Positions 8,420 through 19,323 of a DNA stretch of 64,000 nt are shown one piece after another. How positions within the stretch are numbered: the first letter of the stretch is position 1; every line of letters begins with the position of its first letter. Location: NCBI GenBank assembly GCA_018664485.1, contig JABJOE010000005.1, positions 15,581 to 79,580 of the forward strand, read 5' to 3'. Below the pieces are notes generated by a model, which did no database searches, was not told where the DNA came from, and was given only the letters and a program-made list of their open reading frames with translations. The translations under genes were made by a program, and so were the position numbers. Source of the DNA: Candidatus Uhrbacteria bacterium (GTDB lineage Bacteria > Patescibacteriota > Patescibacteriia > UBA9934).

Positions 8420-8950
8420 CTACCAGCCACCGCTGCCAGCACCACCTCGGTACGTACCGCTACCCGCGGTACTGCGTTCCGCGACGTCGCAGCTCAACGA
8501 GTAGTTGTCGTAGGTGTAGCCCTCGGGGTCGACTTCTTCTTCCAGGCGGACGCGAATCGTCGCGTCCAGCCTGTCGCCGCTATAGCCGCGGCCAGTACAC
8601 CAGGTTTCGTCTTCATCGTCTGGGTCGCCAGACTCGGGGTACTCATCGAACCAGAGCGCACCGTGCACGGACTCGCTGAAGGTCACGCCATCTGGGACGC
8701 AGATGCCCGCGAACGCGTTGCCGTTGGGCAGGTTCGTGGGGTCATCCGAGTCCTCAAGCCAGTCGAAGAAGATCTCTTCGCCGAGGTTCGTGACGTTCAA
8801 CGTAGAGCTGGTTCCATGGAACAGTACAGGGTCGATGTCCACGACCAAGCGGAGGTGGTACTGACCTTCGCATTGGCGAGGGCTCTTTTCGGTACAATCC
8901 GACATGGTGGTGAGGAGGGCGAAAGAAAGGACAGAGGCGGTACCGTTCAT
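8420..8950 (-). CDS. Hypothetical secreted, acidic protein
   Basis: GGAG SD before ATG 8950, hydrophobic N-terminus; promoter TTGACA(9114-9109)-17-TAAGTT. Confidence 0.7.
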   Translation of the reverse strand: MNGTASVLSFALLTTMSDCTEKSPRQCEGQYHLRLVVDIDPVLFHGTSSTLNVTNLGEEIFFDWLEDSDDPTNLPNGNAFAGICVPDGVTFSESVHGALWFDEYPESGDPDDEDETWCTGRGYSGDRLDATIRVRLEEEVDPEGYTYDNYSLSCDVAERSTAGSGTYRGGAGSGGW

Positions 8951-9259
8951 CAGTTTTATCTCCACTGATGATTTGGATAGTCGGCCGGTATGTCTCCAAT
9001 CCGGAGGCGACTATCAATAACTTAACCACTACTACCTAGGCAAAACGCTTCGGTACACAGGTGGATTAGAACCACAAGCAGTGGGAACTTACGCTAATAT
9101 TGGCCTTTTGTCAAGGGTACTATGGGTTGCTGCAAGTAAAAGCGCCTCGTGTGTTAAAGGGTTACATTCGTTATAAAGAAAAGGCAGTGATTAGATTCTT
9201 ATTTTTGAAAAACAAGAGCGCACCCGACGAGACGGCAACGCCAGATGGCTCTTGCTGTC

Positions 9260-9640
9260 TCACACAGATGCGCGAGGCGTAAAGATGTATTCGGGTTTTG
9301 GTTCCTCACCGTCTTTACCTTTTTTGCAGATGAGTGAGGCTTGAACATGGAGTTCTTCGCCATCGTCGCGACGAATGAATACGTAGACTGCCTCCTCGTA
9401 GTCGTCGGACGAATGCACTGGCATTTTCGTAGCGTCAGTGATACGGAGTACATCGACCTCTTCGTACTCGCCAGTTTCTTGATTGAAGTAGCGGGCACGG
9501 ACACCTTGGCAGAGCCCATGACGTGCTAAATCCCTTCCTGCTTCCACCACAGGTTCCCACATGGTTATGTAGGGTGGTTTTTCAGGACGCTGCGCCCTTG
9601 GTCTTCTGTCGTTTACGATAGGTGTATTGTGGTCAAGCAT
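9260..9640 (-). CDS. Hypothetical orphan protein (126 aa)
   Basis: GGAGG SD; promoter TTGACA(9704-9699)-17-TAGTCT. Confidence 0.7.
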   Translation of the reverse strand: MLDHNTPIVNDRRPRAQRPEKPPYITMWEPVVEAGRDLARHGLCQGVRARYFNQETGEYEEVDVLRITDATKMPVHSSDDYEEAVYVFIRRDDGEELHVQASLICKKGKDGEEPKPEYIFTPRASV

Positions 9641-9788
9641 GCGGCCTCCGGGTTGAAAGATATGCGCGACAGATGAGACTAACGTACAAAGGCTTTATTG
9701 TCAATGCTTGGCCGATAGCCTTTCTAGTTAAATTTCAAGCGCTTAATCTATTGACATTTACCTAATTTTAGTGTAGTTTTCTACCGTT

Positions 9789-10829
9789 ATGGCATATATA
9801 AATCGAAAAGAATCCATTACTGCTTTATTCCCGGGTATGCCAAAATATCGGCTTGCCCAGATTGAAGCGGCTCTTTTTGATCCGGCTATTCGGTCATGGA
9901 ATGAAGTAAGCACGCTTCCTGAAAAAATGCGTGCAATATTAAGTGAGAAGGTGCCATTTATATCGGTGTCACTTGGAAAACTTCAGGCAGGTGACGGAGG
10001 CGATACGCATAAGGCCGCTGTGACTGTAGATGGCGATCATAGTATTGAAACTGTCTTGATGAAGAATAAGCGCGGGCAATATACGATTTGTGTTTCCTCA
10101 CAGGTTGGATGTGCAATGAAATGTGGATTTTGTGCGACTGGAAAAATGGGACTTATTCGTAATTTAGACGCTGAGGAGATTATCGATCAGTTCCGATTCT
10201 GGAAGCAATATTTGATGGACAAATTACATCCCGATGCCCGAATCAGTAATATCGTCTACATGGGGATGGGAGAGCCTCTCGCAAACTACCAAAACGTAAA
10301 AGAGAGCTTGAACACAATTTTGCGTCAATCAGATATTGGAAAAACACGCATCACGGTGTCGACGGTTGGGGTGCTTCCTCGGCTTGAGCAGCTGCTTGAA
10401 GATGAGGAGTGGCCGCATGTCAGAATGGCTGTGTCACTTCATAGCGCTGACCGTGCAACACGAAAAGAAATCGTGCCAACTTCATACGATGAATTTCTTC
10501 CAAAGCTCGCTGATTGGTCACGCCGGTACTTGGAGCGGTTTGGTAATCGACGTCATCATCTTACATTTGAGTATGTTTTGCTAAAGGATGTAAATGATAC
10601 TCCGCACCATGCAACGCTCCTTGGAAACTTTGTGAACAGAATTGGAAACGTTCGAGTGAATCTGATCCCATACAACTTTACTGACTGTGGGTTCTCCTGT
10701 TCTACTCCCGAAGCGATCGAAGCTTTCCGTGAAGTGCTAGATAAAAAAGGACTTACATTTACAACACGCAAAACTCAAGGTGAAGACATCGCGGCGGCTT
10801 GCGGTCAGCTAATCCAGAAAAACAAATAG
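9789..10829 (+). CDS. rlmN: 23S rRNA m2A2503 radical SAM methyltransferase RlmN
   Basis: CVSSQVGCAMKCGFCATG, MGMGEPL, AACGQL. Confidence 0.95.
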   Translation: MAYINRKESITALFPGMPKYRLAQIEAALFDPAIRSWNEVSTLPEKMRAILSEKVPFISVSLGKLQAGDGGDTHKAAVTVDGDHSIETVLMKNKRGQYTICVSSQVGCAMKCGFCATGKMGLIRNLDAEEIIDQFRFWKQYLMDKLHPDARISNIVYMGMGEPLANYQNVKESLNTILRQSDIGKTRITVSTVGVLPRLEQLLEDEEWPHVRMAVSLHSADRATRKEIVPTSYDEFLPKLADWSRRYLERFGNRRHHLTFEYVLLKDVNDTPHHATLLGNFVNRIGNVRVNLIPYNFTDCGFSCSTPEAIEAFREVLDKKGLTFTTRKTQGEDIAAACGQLIQKNK

Positions 10830-10830
10830 T

Positions 10831-11043
10831 ATGGAAGTTGTAGATAGTAATGGGAAGACCTTAAATGATGGTGACTCTGTTCAGCTTATTAAGGATCTTC
10901 GTGTGAAGGGAACGAACACAAACTTGAAAGTTGGAACCGTAATGAAGAAGATTCGTCTTACCGATAATGTTGAGGAAGTAGAGGGTAAGATCGACGGAAC
11001 TAAGATGGTTCTAAAGACTTGTTTTATCAAAAAACGAAAGTAA
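10831..11043 (+). CDS. PhnA/YjdM C-terminal domain protein (no zinc ribbon)
   Basis: DSNGKTLNDGDSVQLIKDLRVKG...LKVGT..K.IRL. Confidence 0.85.
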   Translation: MEVVDSNGKTLNDGDSVQLIKDLRVKGTNTNLKVGTVMKKIRLTDNVEEVEGKIDGTKMVLKTCFIKKRK

Positions 11044-11065
11044 ATTAGGGTAGGGGGATTTTAAT

Positions 11066-12322
11066 ATGAAGGAAGAAGAGTACGACGTAATCGTTATTGG
11101 AGGCGGCCCTGCGGGTATGATGGCTGCCGGACGCGCCGGAGAGCTAGGCGCTAAAGTTGTTTTAATTGAGAAGAATGAACGACTTGGAAAGAAGCTGAGC
11201 ATTACTGGTGGTCGACGTTGTAATATCACAAATGCTGAGCCAGACGACAAGATATTTCTAGCCAATTTTCCAGAATCTAAGCAGTTTTTATTTTCACCGT
11301 TTTCTAAGTTTAATGTTGAGAGTACTTTTGAGTTCTTTGAAGGTCGTGGGCTGCCACTTATGGTTGAGGATCGTAAGCGGGCTTTTCCTAAATCAGAAAA
11401 TGCAGAGGATGTATGTGGCGTACTTGAAGATTACGTAGCGGAGAGTGGGAATGTGACCGTTGTGTTGGATACGGCAGTGAAATCTTTTGTTGTGGAGAGT
11501 GAGAAGTTGAGGGGGGTGAGAACATCGGTAGGAACATTTAAGGCGACGAAGATAATCTTAGCAACCGGTGGTATGGCGGCACCTGAAACCGGATCAACTG
11601 GAGAAGGGCTTTCGATGCTTGCGAATATTGGACATACTGTAAAAGATCCGGATCCAAATTTGGCACCACTTCGCACATCATCAAAGTGGGTTCACAAACT
11701 TTCTGGAACAACGGTAAATGATATGACATTGCGGTTTACGCAGAGCGGAAAATCTCAGCATAAAGTTCGCGGTCGACTGTTGTTTACGCACTTTGGAATA
11801 TCTGGACCGATTGTCATAAACTCAGCACATAAAGTTAAAGAGTTGTTAAAGGGAGGGCCTCTGACGGCATCGGTAGATCTATTTCCCGATTATGACATCG
11901 GTAGCTTGAATACATTTTTTATCGAGCTCTTTGAAACGAACAAAAAGAAATTACTCAAGACAGTACTTAAAGATCTACTTCAAAAAAGACTCAGTGAAGC
12001 TATCTTGAAATTCCCAGGACTGAACATTGGAGATACTCCAGCTCACGCCATCACGAAGGATCAGAGAAAGCTGTTGGTTCACGCTCTTAAAGACATGGAC
12101 TTCCCAATTACTGGAACTATGGGATTTGAGTGGTCTATCGTTGCCGACGGTGGAGCTGACCTGTCCGAAGTAGATTTTAAGAGTATGACATCTCGAATTT
12201 ATCCAAATCTATATTTAGTTGGAGATACATTGGACATCAATAGACCATCAGGCGGATTTTCATTACAACTTTGCTGGACCACTGGTTGGATTGCAGGTTC
12301 ACACGCAGCGAGTCAGTCCTGA
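11066..12322 (+). CDS. HI0933/BaiN family FAD-dependent oxidoreductase
   Basis: GGGPAGMMAA, GKKLSITGGRRCNITN, LFTHFGISGP, GGFSLQ. Confidence 0.93.
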   Translation: MKEEEYDVIVIGGGPAGMMAAGRAGELGAKVVLIEKNERLGKKLSITGGRRCNITNAEPDDKIFLANFPESKQFLFSPFSKFNVESTFEFFEGRGLPLMVEDRKRAFPKSENAEDVCGVLEDYVAESGNVTVVLDTAVKSFVVESEKLRGVRTSVGTFKATKIILATGGMAAPETGSTGEGLSMLANIGHTVKDPDPNLAPLRTSSKWVHKLSGTTVNDMTLRFTQSGKSQHKVRGRLLFTHFGISGPIVINSAHKVKELLKGGPLTASVDLFPDYDIGSLNTFFIELFETNKKKLLKTVLKDLLQKRLSEAILKFPGLNIGDTPAHAITKDQRKLLVHALKDMDFPITGTMGFEWSIVADGGADLSEVDFKSMTSRIYPNLYLVGDTLDINRPSGGFSLQLCWTTGWIAGSHAASQS

Positions 12323-12369
12323 ACAATTGCTATAGACGCTCCAGGTGGCCTTGTGTAGGATGAATTGGT

Positions 12370-13482
12370 ATGAATGCAAAAGATCGAATCAGCTCATTAC
12401 TTGAGCAAACAGGAATCGAAGTAAACGGCCCTAATCCATGGGATCCACAGGTTCATGACGAACGTTTCTATAAACGTGTCTTGGCACAGGGCTCAATGGG
12501 GCTCGGAGAGTCTTATATGGACGGCTGGTGGGACTGTGATGCGATTGACGAAATGATCAATCGTATATTGCGGGCAAACCTTCGTGAAAAGCTCGGTTGG
12601 AATGTTCCGATCATGCTCGAAGCGGCACGCGCACATCTGACGAATAAGCAGAAAGGGCGAAAGTCTTTTAAGGTCGGTGAACAACATTATGACGCTGGAA
12701 ACGATTTGTATAAGGCGATGCTCGATGATCGCATGGTCTACACCGGTGCGTATTTCAAAGATACAGACGATCTAAATCAAGCCCAGGAGAACAAGTTAGA
12801 TCTCGTTTGCCGAAAGCTTGGTTTGAAGAAAGGTGATAAAGTTTTAGATATAGGATGTGGTTGGGCTAGCTTTGCTAAATTCGCTGCCGAGAAATACGGG
12901 GCAAATGTAGTTGGTGTTACGGTTTCAAAAGAGCAGGTGGCACTTGGTAATAAATTGTGTGAAGGATTGCCGGTTGAAATCAGGCTGCAAGATTACCGTG
13001 ATGTAAATGAGAAGTTTGATCACGTTATGTCGCTTGGAATGGTTGAGCATGTTGGTGCAAAAAATCTTCGCGAGTATTTCAAGACTGCACATCGCGTGTT
13101 GAAAGATGATGGACTTTTCGTTCTGCAGTCGATTGGTTCGCTTACGTCTGCGCAAACTAACGATCCATGGCTTGAGAAGTATATCTTCCCAAATTCAATG
13201 CTTCCATCTGTAAAGCAGTTTGCGGTTGCATCGGAAGGACTGTTTGTGATGGAGGATTGGCAGAATATGGGTAAACATTATGAGCACACGTTGCTTGCAT
13301 GGCATAAGAATTTTAACGAGCATTGGCACGAGTTTAAAGATCAGTACGATGATCGATTCTTCCGAATGTGGAATTATTACTTGTTGATCTGTGCTGGACT
13401 GTTTAGAGCACGTAAGGGCCAGCTTTGGCAGATTGTGTATTCCAAGAATGGTGTTAAGAACGGATACGAGGCGCCACGGTAG
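12370..13482 (+). CDS. cfa: Cyclopropane-fatty-acyl-phospholipid synthase
   Basis: HYDAGNDLY, VLDIGCGW, GMVEHVG, YIFPN, RMWNYYL. Confidence 0.95.
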   Translation: MNAKDRISSLLEQTGIEVNGPNPWDPQVHDERFYKRVLAQGSMGLGESYMDGWWDCDAIDEMINRILRANLREKLGWNVPIMLEAARAHLTNKQKGRKSFKVGEQHYDAGNDLYKAMLDDRMVYTGAYFKDTDDLNQAQENKLDLVCRKLGLKKGDKVLDIGCGWASFAKFAAEKYGANVVGVTVSKEQVALGNKLCEGLPVEIRLQDYRDVNEKFDHVMSLGMVEHVGAKNLREYFKTAHRVLKDDGLFVLQSIGSLTSAQTNDPWLEKYIFPNSMLPSVKQFAVASEGLFVMEDWQNMGKHYEHTLLAWHKNFNEHWHEFKDQYDDRFFRMWNYYLLICAGLFRARKGQLWQIVYSKNGVKNGYEAPR

Positions 13483-13560
13483 AAGTTCTATAGATAACGA
13501 AAATAGTCGCAAAGCCCTCAAGTAATGACTTGTGGGTTTTGTGTTAGAATGCAGCAGTAT

Positions 13561-14979
13561 ATGAAAAGATCATCATTTAAAAGAAAAACATCAGGAGCTA
13601 ATAGCGGGCTGAAAAAGAAGTGGCCCAAGAAGATCCCGGTAAAGGGTGTCACAAAGAAGAAAGTTTCTGCTGCTAAGAAAGATACTTCTTTGGATAACAT
13701 TGATATAACGCCAGAGTTCGAAAAGGCGTTCGATGCAATGGAAAAAACGAATGATCATCTCTTTTTAACTGGTCGTGCGGGTACTGGAAAATCCACGCTC
13801 CTAAAATATTTCCGATCAAAGACAAAAAAGAAGCATGTTGTGTTAGCACCCACCGGTGTTGCTGCGTTAAATGTAAAAGGACAGACTATCCATTCTTTCT
13901 TTGGATTTCATCCACGGATTGAGCCGAGTCGTGTGCACAGAGCTGACGCTGAGACGTTAGGGTTCTTTAAAAACATCGAAACTATAATCATCGATGAGAT
14001 TTCGATGGTTCGTGCCGATTTGTTGGATTGTGTCGATAAGGCTTTAAGACTGAACCGTGGGCGTCCTAATGAGGCTTTCGGTGGAGTGCAGATGATTTTT
14101 ATCGGCGACCTATTCCAGTTGCCACCAGTTGTAACACGCGAAGATCAGTACCGATTTGAGACTGAATATGCTTCACCGTATTTCTTTTCGTCATACGCGA
14201 TCATCGGTACGCAGATTCGCATCATCGAATTGCAACACGTACATAGGCAGAAAGAAAAAGCTTTTGTCGACCTGTTAAACGGAGTTCGTCGTGGAACTGT
14301 TGCAAATACCGATATAGAAAAATGGAACAAACGACATGATCCGTTTTTTGATCCGACTGATGAATCTGAATACGTTGTACATCTCACAACTACAAATAAG
14401 ATGGCGAAACAGCGAAATGATTTGGAGCTCAATAAGTTGGGAAGTAAAGAGTGGACTCTCAAAGCTGGGTCGATGGGGAATCTGGGCACTCGAAAGATGC
14501 CGTCAGAACCTACTATCAAAATAAAACAGGGTGCTCGCATTATGCTTACGACGAATGACCCGGCAAAGCGTTGGGTTAACGGAAGTTTGGGAGTTGTAAA
14601 GCGAGTGAAGGCTAGCGGCTTGAGTAAGCTACCGATCCTTGAGGTAGAACTTGAAGATGGTAAAAATGTTGAAGTAACTCAGCACAAGTGGGAGATATTC
14701 GAGTACGAGATGGCTGACGGTGATTTTAACGAGGGTGTCGTTGGGTCATATTCGCAGTATCCGATCGTGCTTGCATGGGCTGTAACGATTCACAAGGCGC
14801 AGGGTAAGACATTCGACAGCGTTTTGATCGATATTGGTTGGGGTGCATTTGCACATGGTCAGATGTATGTTGCACTGAGCCGTTGTACTGAGCTCCGGGG
14901 AATCACACTTCTAAAACCATTTAAGGTAAAGGATGTCATCGTGGACAGAGCAGTGCTGGATTTCATGGATGCGTATTAA
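13561..14979 (+). CDS. PIF1/RecD-family DNA helicase
   Basis: GRAGTGKS, APTGVAA, IIDEISMVR, GDLFQLPPV, AWAVTIHKAQG, YVALSR; exact start uncertain. Confidence 0.92.
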   Translation: MKRSSFKRKTSGANSGLKKKWPKKIPVKGVTKKKVSAAKKDTSLDNIDITPEFEKAFDAMEKTNDHLFLTGRAGTGKSTLLKYFRSKTKKKHVVLAPTGVAALNVKGQTIHSFFGFHPRIEPSRVHRADAETLGFFKNIETIIIDEISMVRADLLDCVDKALRLNRGRPNEAFGGVQMIFIGDLFQLPPVVTREDQYRFETEYASPYFFSSYAIIGTQIRIIELQHVHRQKEKAFVDLLNGVRRGTVANTDIEKWNKRHDPFFDPTDESEYVVHLTTTNKMAKQRNDLELNKLGSKEWTLKAGSMGNLGTRKMPSEPTIKIKQGARIMLTTNDPAKRWVNGSLGVVKRVKASGLSKLPILEVELEDGKNVEVTQHKWEIFEYEMADGDFNEGVVGSYSQYPIVLAWAVTIHKAQGKTFDSVLIDIGWGAFAHGQMYVALSRCTELRGITLLKPFKVKDVIVDRAVLDFMDAY

Positions 14980-15019
14980 TGAGCTAAGCTGCCGACATAT
15001 AAAATAACGATTACTTATT

Positions 15020-15334
15020 ATGATCATTACAACTGGAGAATCTGTTCCTGGAAAAGAAATCAAAGAAATTCTAGGTATATCTCGTGGGAGCACTGTGCGA
15101 GCGCGAAATATCGGCATGGATGTTTTTGCAGGACTTAAAAATATTGTAGGGGGAGAGATTAAAGAATATACAAAGCTACAGGCCGACTCACGAGAAGAGG
15201 CAATGCAACGGATGCAGCAGGACGCTGAAGGCCTTGGCGCTGATGCTGTTATCAACGTTCGCATGCATACATCGATGATCATGGCTGGAGCATCTGAAAT
15301 TCTAGTTTACGGAACGGCTGTAAAGTTGGGATAG
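15020..15334 (+). CDS. YbjQ/UPF0145 family protein
   Basis: LKNIVGGEIKEYT...GADAVINVR...YGTAVK. Confidence 0.95.
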   Translation: MIITTGESVPGKEIKEILGISRGSTVRARNIGMDVFAGLKNIVGGEIKEYTKLQADSREEAMQRMQQDAEGLGADAVINVRMHTSMIMAGASEILVYGTAVKLG

Positions 15335-15337
15335 TCT

Positions 15338-15466
15338 ATGGGGCATATGATTTTTTTCGGAATTTGGGTGCTATTTGAGCTTACTTGTCTTGGAATTATC
15401 GTATATTTGATTGTAAAGAGGGTAGAGGAGAAGCAAAAAGAAAATTTCAAGAAACGCGACAATTAA
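15338..15466 (+). CDS. Small membrane protein (42 aa), not in the ORF track
   Basis: MGHMIFFGIWVLFELTCLGIIVYLIVKRVEEKQKENFKKRDN, 3 nt after the ybjQ-like gene. Confidence 0.65.
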   Translation: MGHMIFFGIWVLFELTCLGIIVYLIVKRVEEKQKENFKKRDN

Positions 15467-15506
15467 TAGCTAAATGAAGCCGTCGGCAGTACCGATGGTT
15501 TTGTTA

Positions 15507-15535
15507 TTGACGAAAAGGTGAATTTTAGCTACAAT
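15507..15535 (+). promoter_or_regulatory. sigma70 promoter of typA
   Basis: TTGACG-17 nt-TACAAT. Confidence 0.7.
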
Positions 15536-15567
15536 CCGCGCGTTATTCAAGATTTTTAACGTTACGC

Positions 15568-17370
15568 ATGGATTTTCGAAATATTGCCATTATCGCTCAC
15601 GTTGACCACGGAAAGACAACATTGGTTGATGCCATGCTTAAACAGTCTGGTGCTTTTTCTGATCGTGATGTCATTGAGGAACGAGTGATGGATTCAAACG
15701 ACCAGGAGAAAGAGCGTGGAATTACTATCTACGCAAAAAATACATCGATTCAAATCGGTGAGGTAAAAGTAAACGTTGTTGATACTCCAGGCCACGCAGA
15801 CTTCGGTTCTGAGGTTGAGCGAGTGTTGCGAATGGTTGATTCTGTTTTGTTGCTAGTTGACGCGTATGAAGGTCCGATGCCGCAGACAAAGTTCGTTCTG
15901 CGGAAAGCGTTAGAGCTAGGTCTAAAACCGATCGTTGTAATTAACAAGATCGATAAGCCGTCAGCTCGACCAGACGCTGTGCTCGACATGGTATTCGATC
16001 TCTTTACAGAGCTCGGAGCAAACGAAGAGCAGTTGGATTTCAAATATATTTACACAAACGCAAAGGACGGATTCGCTATCACGGATCCAAAAGATGAAGG
16101 TAAGGACTTGAAGCCATTGTTTGAACTAATTTTGGACGCTGTTCCTGCAGCTGTAAATGACGCATCGCTCCCATCACGTTTCCAGCCAGTCAATCTTACG
16201 TATGATAAGTTCGTTGGACGAATGGCTACTGGACGAGTGCTTGAGGGAACGATGAAGGTTGGGATGCCGGTTACAGTTATCAAACTTGACGGATCACGGG
16301 AGAAAGGAAAGTTGAGTAAGATTTTGACTAGTAATGGTTTGGCAAAGGTAGAAGTTAATGAAGCGTTTGCCGGAGACATCGTGTCTATCGCTGGAATTGC
16401 CGAAATTAACGTTGGTGAAACGGTTGCGGAAGATGTAAAGGCAGAGGCGTTGCCAGCAATCCAGATCGATCGACCAACACTTACAATGGAATTTTTGGTG
16501 AACAACTCACCGTTTGCAGGACAGGATGGAAAGTACGTTACGTCACGACAGATTCGTGAACGGCTTGAACGAGAACTTGAAACGAACGTTGGGCTTGAAG
16601 TACATTTCCCAGATAGTGCTGAGGTATTCCAGGTTAGTGGACGTGGAGAGATGCATCTTGCGGTTCTAATTGAGACTATGCGACGTGAAGGGTTTGAGCT
16701 TCAGGTTTCACAGCCACGTGCCATCATTACTGAAGTAGATGGTGTGAAGAATGAGCCTTACGAGTCTGTAGTTATCGACGTTCCGGATGATTCAGCAGGT
16801 GCTGTGATCGAAGCTCTTGGAAAGCGTAAGGGTGAGATGACAACGATGGCTAGTGAGAATGGTTCTACACGACTGGAGTACTTAATCCCTACACGTGGAC
16901 TGCTCGGATATCGAACTGATTTCATGACGTCTACAAAGGGAGAAGGAACACTTTCACATATTTTCTCACACAATGGTCCGTATAAGGGTGACATTGAGCG
17001 CCGCACTACGGGTTCAATGATTTCTGGATTTAACGGAAAAACACTAGCGTTCTCCTTGAACAACTTGCAGCAGCGCGGAGCATTGTTCATCGGTCCGCAG
17101 GTTGATGTTTACGAAGGAATGGTGATTGGTTCAAGTGCTAAGGACACGATGGTTGTAAACCCGATTAAAGGAAAGCAGCTTACAAACATGCGTTCCAGTG
17201 GAGCTGATGACGCAATCAACCTTACTCCTCCACTTGATATGAACTTGGAGCGAGCACTTGAGTATATCGATTCTGATGAGTATGTAGAGATTACTCCTGA
17301 TAACATTCGTATCCGAAAACGACATTTGACTGAGTCTGCCAGAAAGAAGAACGGTTCAAAGAATAAATAA
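15568..17370 (+). CDS. typA: Translational GTPase TypA/BipA
   Basis: [34 protein letters not shown]-terminal EYVEITP. Confidence 0.98.
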   Translation: MDFRNIAIIAHVDHGKTTLVDAMLKQSGAFSDRDVIEERVMDSNDQEKERGITIYAKNTSIQIGEVKVNVVDTPGHADFGSEVERVLRMVDSVLLLVDAYEGPMPQTKFVLRKALELGLKPIVVINKIDKPSARPDAVLDMVFDLFTELGANEEQLDFKYIYTNAKDGFAITDPKDEGKDLKPLFELILDAVPAAVNDASLPSRFQPVNLTYDKFVGRMATGRVLEGTMKVGMPVTVIKLDGSREKGKLSKILTSNGLAKVEVNEAFAGDIVSIAGIAEINVGETVAEDVKAEALPAIQIDRPTLTMEFLVNNSPFAGQDGKYVTSRQIRERLERELETNVGLEVHFPDSAEVFQVSGRGEMHLAVLIETMRREGFELQVSQPRAIITEVDGVKNEPYESVVIDVPDDSAGAVIEALGKRKGEMTTMASENGSTRLEYLIPTRGLLGYRTDFMTSTKGEGTLSHIFSHNGPYKGDIERRTTGSMISGFNGKTLAFSLNNLQQRGALFIGPQVDVYEGMVIGSSAKDTMVVNPIKGKQLTNMRSSGADDAINLTPPLDMNLERALEYIDSDEYVEITPDNIRIRKRHLTESARKKNGSKNK

Positions 17371-17460
17371 AAGTAAAGCCGCTCGAAAGGGCGGTTTTAT
17401 GATTTCTAGGCACAGGGCGCGCGCGGGTGTATTATTGTTGTATCTTGATAAGATTATTTT

Positions 17461-18141
17461 ATGGGACTTTTTTCAAAACCGTCTACACCGCCAAAAGACA
17501 ACTCAGCATTTTCTCATCTTAATGCTGGGAGTATCGGAACTGGAAAGAATTTTAGGGAAGGGTCATATTCAAAGGCGCGCGGTGGTTTGAAGGGGCAGTT
17601 GAACAAAATGCGGCGTGCTGGGATGCATAGCTCTACTGCAAACATCTCCAAGAAGAACATGGAGCAGATGCACGACATTGTCGCTAAGCGTTTAAAGAAT
17701 AAGGTTGCGGGCGGCAAGATTAACTATCGTGATAAGCGGGCAATGAAGTCCGAGGCGTATAAGTTGATGAAAGATCCGAATAGTAAGTTTTCAAAAGAAG
17801 ATTTGAAAGATTTTAAAAAGGTTGTAGATAAACTTGGTCAGGGTGATGTCAGAAAAAGAGCTCCACAGGCTGAACTACCACAGAAACAGGCGCCGGCTGC
17901 GGCACAAGCGGCTCCGCGTGCAGCGCTTCAAAAACCGTCAGGTTTAGCAAGCCAAGCAAATATGTCGGCTCCGATGGCCAAGGGGGCGGCACCCGCATTT
18001 GCGGCAATGGGTTCCACGGGAGTAAAGGGATTGAAAAAGATTAAATACGAATCTGTACTTCCAGAAAAACCGGCAAAGATTGAAGAGAATCATTTACATG
18101 TTCCAGAAGCTTCAGAGGCGATTGATATAATGATCGACTAG
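17461..18141 (+). CDS. Hypothetical basic protein with an Ala/Pro-rich linker
   Basis: 226-aa ORF; no family recognised. Confidence 0.7.
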   Translation: MGLFSKPSTPPKDNSAFSHLNAGSIGTGKNFREGSYSKARGGLKGQLNKMRRAGMHSSTANISKKNMEQMHDIVAKRLKNKVAGGKINYRDKRAMKSEAYKLMKDPNSKFSKEDLKDFKKVVDKLGQGDVRKRAPQAELPQKQAPAAAQAAPRAALQKPSGLASQANMSAPMAKGAAPAFAAMGSTGVKGLKKIKYESVLPEKPAKIEENHLHVPEASEAIDIMID

Positions 18142-18539
18142 CTGCATTTTTTACATGTACCAAAATAAGTTGTTTGGTGATGTGTGATTTTTGAAAATGA
18201 AGTTTTTGTAAGGATGGATCCGTATTCTTGTCGGTTGCAGTCGATGTCTTCAATAAGTCCGCAAGATTCGCACACAAGATGATGATGATGTGGGCGATCT
18301 GCAATTTCGTAGTCATTGTGGCCATGTCCGAGATCGTGGCCATGAACGATTCCAGATTGAACGAAGTCGTCGATCATTCGGTAGATGGTTGTTGGGTTAG
18401 TGCCCGGAACTGATGACCCAATACTCTGTATTCCAACAGGGTGTTTTTGTTTGTGGAGATACGAAAGAACAGCAACGCGCGCTGGAGTTGCGCGCAAATT
18501 ATGCGTACGGAGAAGAATTTTTATTTCGTTTTGACTCAT
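18138..18539 (-). CDS. Fur-family transcriptional regulator
   Basis: LRATPAR..VL, TTIYR, HHHHLVCESCG, GTCKKC. Confidence 0.92.
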   Translation of the reverse strand: MSQNEIKILLRTHNLRATPARVAVLSYLHKQKHPVGIQSIGSSVPGTNPTTIYRMIDDFVQSGIVHGHDLGHGHNDYEIADRPHHHHLVCESCGLIEDIDCNRQEYGSILTKTSFSKITHHQTTYFGTCKKCS

Positions 18540-18890
18540 TTAATCTGAGTATAGCACGGGTTATGTAAGATGACTTCTTTGTTATAAGTTAGGAATTGCG
18601 CAAAACCTGGCTAAGTGATGTTTATGATTTATTGACGTTATTACTGAGGGTTGTGGATTAATTTGATTGTATACCAAGAGTGTCATCCTATGTAGCATAA
18701 ACGGCTGATATTAGCGTAATTTCTGTATATTGTTTATGCGGACTATTCAGTATCGGTTTGACTGATCCAATCTGCTATGTATTTATTTACACACAGGGCT
18801 TTGCCGCATTTGATGGAAAATGCTAAGATTTCCTAGTAATTCTAAACAAAACGTTATTTTAAATAACGTTCTACCGTAACCATTTATTAT

Positions 18891-19181
18891 ATGGACGAGG
18901 CAAAACGACTTACAAAGTCTCAGTTGATGACTGCTATGTCAGAGACTTGGGGAGTATCAAAGAAGGAAGCTATTGAGCAGTACGACCAGTTGGTTGAATT
19001 GATCTACAGCGAAATCCGACGTGCTGGTGAGATCATGCTTCCTGGAATGGGAAAGATGGCTAAGAAGCACCGAAAGGCTCGTATGGGACGAAACCCAGCG
19101 ACTGGTGAGACTATCCAGATCAAGGCAAAGACAGTTTTGAAGTTTAGCGTGAATAAGGCTGCAAAGGACGCTCTTCTATAG
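18891..19181 (+). CDS. hup: HU DNA-binding protein
   Basis: RKARMGRNPATGETIQIKAK. Confidence 0.93.
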   Translation: MDEAKRLTKSQLMTAMSETWGVSKKEAIEQYDQLVELIYSEIRRAGEIMLPGMGKMAKKHRKARMGRNPATGETIQIKAKTVLKFSVNKAAKDALL

Positions 19182-19323
19182 GATTTAGCACGCAACGGAC
19201 AGCTACGTTGTTGTCGGTATCGCTATTTCGTCACCGTACAGAAGGTACGGCTTCTCAATAGCTCAGCCGCCGCCTAGTATCTGGCTCATTGTGAGTAAAG
19301 TCTCCACAATACGAGAAAAGTAG

